64,000 bases of DNA, taken from positions 75,096-139,095 of the forward strand of contig PBZO01000001.1 of the NCBI GenBank assembly GCA_002731115.1, read 5' to 3'. The translations under genes and the position numbers were made by a program. Position 1 is the stretch's first letter; every line of letters starts with the position of its first letter. The notes below the pieces were generated by a model. The model was not told the DNA's origin and did not search any database. It was given only the letters and a program-made list of their open reading frames with translations. Below, piece by piece: positions 59,970 through 64,000 of the stretch. Source of the stretch: Candidatus Pacearchaeota archaeon. GTDB lineage: Archaea > Nanobdellota > Nanobdellia > Pacearchaeales > GW2011-AR1.

Positions 59970-60050
59970 AAAAGAATTAAATAAAACAGGTTTAAATTTG
60001 TTGCTATTTCTTATACAAAATATTTTAAACTAGTTCTTCTTTTTTTATTT

Positions 60051-62339
60051 ATGAAATTTAAAGAGGGAACCCCCCTGTATTCTTATGAAGTTAAAAGGGA
60101 AGGCGGAGAAGATGTTATTTATGTTAATTACTTGGGAGCTTCATATGTACCTAGTCTTTCTGATTCTCCAGAGATTATGGGAAGAACAATTGATATTTTA
60201 ATAGAGAATCCAAATGTTTCTAGGCTTGTTTTTGTTCAACAAAAAAATTACAATTATGATTTCAAAGAAACTTCGTATTTATTAGAAATTGCTCAATTCT
60301 ATATTTATTTAATTAAACAAGAGAAAATTTTATCACAAGAAAAATTAATTACAAATAATGAACAATTTTTCTCCCAGAGATATAATCATATTTTTTCATT
60401 CCTTTTTTTATTAAAACAGGATCCTATTGCGGCATACCATGAATTTAAGAAAATTATTATTGAAGCAAAGATTTTTTTAGAAAAAGTAGATGCACGATCC
60501 AAAACAGATCAGACAAATTATATCCATCTTCTTGAAAGAATTTTTAATTTATTTGAAAAAACCAAATTGATTCAGGAAGTTTTTCCTTATTTAGAAAAAT
60601 ATCAAAAAGGAGATAGAGAGATTTATCATAGAATTTTTAAGCCAGATATAATTCCTAATTTTACTTTTACAAGACTTGTTTTTGATTTGCCCAAAGATGC
60701 AGAGATTATAGATCAGTATAATATTGCCCAGGAAAGTTACGATAAGTCTTTAGTTACAATTTTAAAAAAGAAAGATGAATCAAAATTGATATATCATCTA
60801 ATTCCTCCTGAAAATTCCTTAAGTGAAGACCATAATATGCTGCTTAATTTAGCAAAAAGAGTTTTAATAGAACATCAGCCAAGAGCAGAAGAGTTTATAG
60901 ATACTGAAAGAACAAGATATGTTTTTTTTAATATTTCTAAGGATTTATTACAAGATTTATCCCAAACAAAAGGGATAAAATTAAATTATTCTGATACAAA
61001 TAAATTAGCAACAATTCTTGTAAGACATACAATTGGTTTTGGTTTATTAGAAGTTTTACTTCAAGATAAAAAACTTCAAGATATTGTTTTAAATGCGCCA
61101 ATTCCCTTAGTAAATATTTTTTTAAGACATCAAGATTATGATGAATGTTCAACCAATATTCTTCCAAGCCAAGAGGATGCTGATTCATGGGCAGCAAAAT
61201 TTAGAATGATTTCTGGAAGACCTCTAGATGAAGCAAATCCTATTTTAGATACACAATTAAGTATTGGAAAAATAAATGCAAGAATTGCAATAATTCAAAG
61301 ACCTCTCTCCCCCGATGGATTAGCTTATGCAATAAGACGGCATAGAGAAGAACCTTGGACATTGCCTCTTTTTATTAAAAATAAAATGATAAATCCTTTA
61401 GCCGCAGGTCTTCTTAGTTTTTTAATTGATGGTTCAAGAACTCTTTTAGTTGCAGGAACTAGAAGTTCTGGTAAAACATCTTTGCTTGGAAGTTTAATGC
61501 TTGAAATAATCCCTAGATATAGAATTATTGTTTTAGAAGATACTTTAGAATTGCCGGTTGATTCATTAAGAAAATTAAAATATGATATTTTGAGAATGAA
61601 AGTTAGGTCTTCTTTATTAAAAACAACTACAGAAATTGGAGCTGATGAAGGAATAAGAACAAGTTTAAGATTAGGGGATAGTTCTTTAATTGTTGGAGAA
61701 GTTAGAAGTGTAGAAGCTAAAGCATTATATGAAGCAATGAGAGTAGGAGCTCTTGCAAATGTTGTTGCAGGAACAATACATGGAGCAAGTCCTTATGGAG
61801 TGTATGATAGAGTTGTAAATGATTTAGAAGTTCCTTCTACTAGTTTTAAAGCAACAGACATAATTGCAGTTGCAAATCCAATAAAATCTCCTGATGGATT
61901 ACATTCTTGGAGAAGACTTTTACAAATAACAGAGATTAGAAAACACTGGAAAAAGGACCCCCAGGAAGAAAAAGGATTTATTGATTTATTAAAATATAAT
62001 GTTGAAAAAGATGAATTAGAATCTAGCGGAGATTTAATTAATGGGGATAGTGAAATTATTAAAGATATAGCATCAAATGTAAAGGGATGGGCTGGAAACT
62101 GGGATGCTGTTTATGATAATATTTTATTAAGAGCAAAGATAAAAAAAGAAATTGTCGATGTTGCAAAAAAAACAGGAAATGATAATATTTTAGAATCTGG
62201 ATTTAATGTTTTATCTAATGGTTCTTTTCATAAAATTTCAGATAAAATAAGGCAAGAAATTGGTTTACCTTTAAGTGAGAGAGTTTTTCCAGAATGGCAA
62301 AAATGGCTTAATGAAGAAATTAAAAGAAGAAAAATATAA
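60051..62339 (+). CDS. FlaI/VirB11/PilB-like secretion ATPase with long N-terminal extension
   Basis: Walker A LVAGTRSSGKTS, Asp/His box region SLIVGEVRSVEAKALYEAMRVGALANVVAGTIHGASP matching FlaI/VirB11. 762 aa versus about 540 for FlaI. Confidence 0.7.
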   Translation: MKFKEGTPLYSYEVKREGGEDVIYVNYLGASYVPSLSDSPEIMGRTIDILIENPNVSRLVFVQQKNYNYDFKETSYLLEIAQFYIYLIKQEKILSQEKLITNNEQFFSQRYNHIFSFLFLLKQDPIAAYHEFKKIIIEAKIFLEKVDARSKTDQTNYIHLLERIFNLFEKTKLIQEVFPYLEKYQKGDREIYHRIFKPDIIPNFTFTRLVFDLPKDAEIIDQYNIAQESYDKSLVTILKKKDESKLIYHLIPPENSLSEDHNMLLNLAKRVLIEHQPRAEEFIDTERTRYVFFNISKDLLQDLSQTKGIKLNYSDTNKLATILVRHTIGFGLLEVLLQDKKLQDIVLNAPIPLVNIFLRHQDYDECSTNILPSQEDADSWAAKFRMISGRPLDEANPILDTQLSIGKINARIAIIQRPLSPDGLAYAIRRHREEPWTLPLFIKNKMINPLAAGLLSFLIDGSRTLLVAGTRSSGKTSLLGSLMLEIIPRYRIIVLEDTLELPVDSLRKLKYDILRMKVRSSLLKTTTEIGADEGIRTSLRLGDSSLIVGEVRSVEAKALYEAMRVGALANVVAGTIHGASPYGVYDRVVNDLEVPSTSFKATDIIAVANPIKSPDGLHSWRRLLQITEIRKHWKKDPQEEKGFIDLLKYNVEKDELESSGDLINGDSEIIKDIASNVKGWAGNWDAVYDNILLRAKIKKEIVDVAKKTGNDNILESGFNVLSNGSFHKISDKIRQEIGLPLSERVFPEWQKWLNEEIKRRKI

Positions 62340-62594
62340 TCTTATAAGAAATATATTATTTGATTAATTTCTAAAAAGAAAGTCCATGAAAGATAGATAA
62401 AGGGAAATATGAGGTCGAGGTAAACATGGTTGCCATAATTATTTGTTTGGGGTTTAGTTCTTGCTTTTTTTATTTTAAAGGTAAGAGATGAATATTATTG
62501 GTGTAGATTTATCACTTTTTCATTCTTAGAAAACTTTATAACTATCCATTTTATTCCTTTTTAATCAACTTCTATAAATTCAAAATTCCAAAAA

Positions 62595-64000
62595 ATGAAG
62601 AACATCAAAATTAAGGGAGCAAGAGAACATAATCTTAAAGATATTAGTATAGAGTTTCCTAGAGATAAGTTTATTGTAATAACAGGGCTTTCTGGATCAG
62701 GTAAATCAACTATCGCATTTGATACACTTTATGCAGAAGGACAAAGGCGTTATGTTGAATCTTTATCTGCTTATGCAAGGCAATTTTTAGGGCTTATGAA
62801 TAAACCAGATGTTGATTCAATTGAAGGATTAAGTCCCGCAATTTCAATTGAACAAAAAACAACCTCCAAAAATCCTAGAAGTACTGTTGGAACTGCTACT
62901 GAAATTTATGATTATTTGAGGCTTTTATTTGCAAGGGTAGGTATTCCTCATTGCCCTATTCATGGATTAAAAATAGAGGCACAATCTCCAGTTAGAATCT
63001 CGCAGAGAATTTTAGAGGATTTTAGTGGGGAAATAACTATTCTTTCTCCAATAATTCTCCAGAAAAAAGGAACTTATGAACAATTAATTAAGGATTTAAA
63101 TAAAGAGGGATATTCAAGAGTTAGAGTCAATAAAAAAATATTTAGAACAGATGAAAAAATCATGCTTACTAGATATAAAAAACATGATATTGATATTATT
63201 ATAGATAGGTTAAATACCAAAGATGAATCTAGATTATACGAGGCAGTAGAAAATGCAATAATAAAATCCAATGGGCTTGTTATTGTTCTTAGTAATAATA
63301 AAGAAAAGCTTTATTCTGGAAAAATGACTTGTCCAAAATGCGGAATTGCTTTCGAAGAACTGCAACCTAGAATGTTTTCCTTTAATAGTCCTTTTGGAGC
63401 CTGTGAAGCTTGTCATGGACTGGGAATAAAAATGGATTTTGATTCTGAATTAGTTATTCCTGATAAATCATTAAGCATAATGGAAGGAGGGATTGCAATT
63501 TATGGGAAATTAGATCTTTCATGGAGAGCAGAACAACTAAGGGTAATTGGTAAAAAATTTGGATTTAAATTACATACTCCGTTTAAAAAATTTACAAAAA
63601 AACAGCTAAATGTTTTATTATATGGAGCTAAACAAGAAATTAAAGGGAAATGGTCAACTGGAGCGAGTATGAATTTTGAAAATGGATGGGAAGGAGTAAT
63701 TCATCAATCAGAAAGATTATACAAATCAACAGAATCAGATTATAGAAAAAGACATCTTGAAAAATTTATGAGAATTACTCCGTGTATTGTATGTGATGGA
63801 AAAAAACTAAAACAAAAAATATTGGCAGTAAAAATTGGGAGTAAATCAATAATAGATATAACTGATTTGTCAATAAAAGACGCAATTGTATTTTTTAATC
63901 ATATTAATTTGACCAAAAAACAAGAAGAAATTGCAAGGCAAATATTAAAGGAAATTAGAGAACGTCTTAGTTTTTTAGAAAGAGTTGGTTTAGGTTATTT
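62595..64000 (+). CDS. uvrA: excinuclease ABC subunit A (UvrA), 5' part; continues beyond window
   Basis: MKNIKIKGAREHNLKDISIEFPRDKFIVITGLSGSGKSTIAFDTLYAEGQRRYVESLSAYARQFL. Absent from the ORF track because no stop occurs in the window. Confidence 0.85.
   Translation, partial: MKNIKIKGAREHNLKDISIEFPRDKFIVITGLSGSGKSTIAFDTLYAEGQRRYVESLSAYARQFLGLMNKPDVDSIEGLSPAISIEQKTTSKNPRSTVGTATEIYDYLRLLFARVGIPHCPIHGLKIEAQSPVRISQRILEDFSGEITILSPIILQKKGTYEQLIKDLNKEGYSRVRVNKKIFRTDEKIMLTRYKKHDIDIIIDRLNTKDESRLYEAVENAIIKSNGLVIVLSNNKEKLYSGKMTCPKCGIAFEELQPRMFSFNSPFGACEACHGLGIKMDFDSELVIPDKSLSIMEGGIAIYGKLDLSWRAEQLRVIGKKFGFKLHTPFKKFTKKQLNVLLYGAKQEIKGKWSTGASMNFENGWEGVIHQSERLYKSTESDYRKRHLEKFMRITPCIVCDGKKLKQKILAVKIGSKSIIDITDLSIKDAIVFFNHINLTKKQEEIARQILKEIRERLSFLERVGLGY

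Overview
This is a very AT-rich, gene-dense archaeal segment, probably from a DPANN-like organism. It carries archaeal RNA polymerase subunits D, N and F, ribosomal proteins L21e and L18e, Orc1/Cdc6, both PolD subunits, an archaeal-type TyrRS, Hef/XPF and SecDF. The segment is compact and has split genes and an orphan 5S rRNA. Read 5' to 3', it holds the following.

- **0-10.5 kb:** a glycan or sugar-modification locus. It has three cobalamin-type radical SAM proteins, one further radical SAM enzyme, a NUDIX hydrolase, a split transketolase, a CgeB-like glycosyltransferase and a Wzx-like flippase.
- **11-17.6 kb:** SecD/SecF, then a cluster of three tRNAs (Gly-UCC, Arg-CCU, Leu-CAA), then the L21e-rpoF-DUF655-S13-S4-S11-rpoD operon.
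- **17.6-21.7 kb:** a MacB-type ABC transporter with two FtsX permeases.
- **21.8-25 kb:** rpoN, Rpp21, an orphan 5S rRNA, a class II tRNA-Leu, an amino-acid permease and L18e-L13-S9.
- **25-40 kb:** an accessory region with a XerA-like tyrosine recombinase coupled to a truncated serine-recombinase-domain protein. It also holds small PD-(D/E)xK nucleases, an RRM/RGG RNA-binding protein, and a cluster of secreted or Tat-exported proteins flanked by a 22-bp direct repeat. The last 3 kb of this region carry two paralogous coiled-coil/HTH genes with CAGCTG palindromic repeats and an in-frame (GTCT)7 microsatellite.
- **40.3-47 kb:** a putative replication origin immediately upstream of cdc6-polD1-polD2.
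- **47-64 kb:** TyrRS, a DRG-like GTPase, a GT9-like glycosyltransferase, an M16 peptidase, an agmatinase-family enzyme, LigT, a split Hef (helicase plus ERCC4 nuclease), an orphan FlaI/VirB11-like ATPase, and the start of uvrA.

No CRISPR array was seen.
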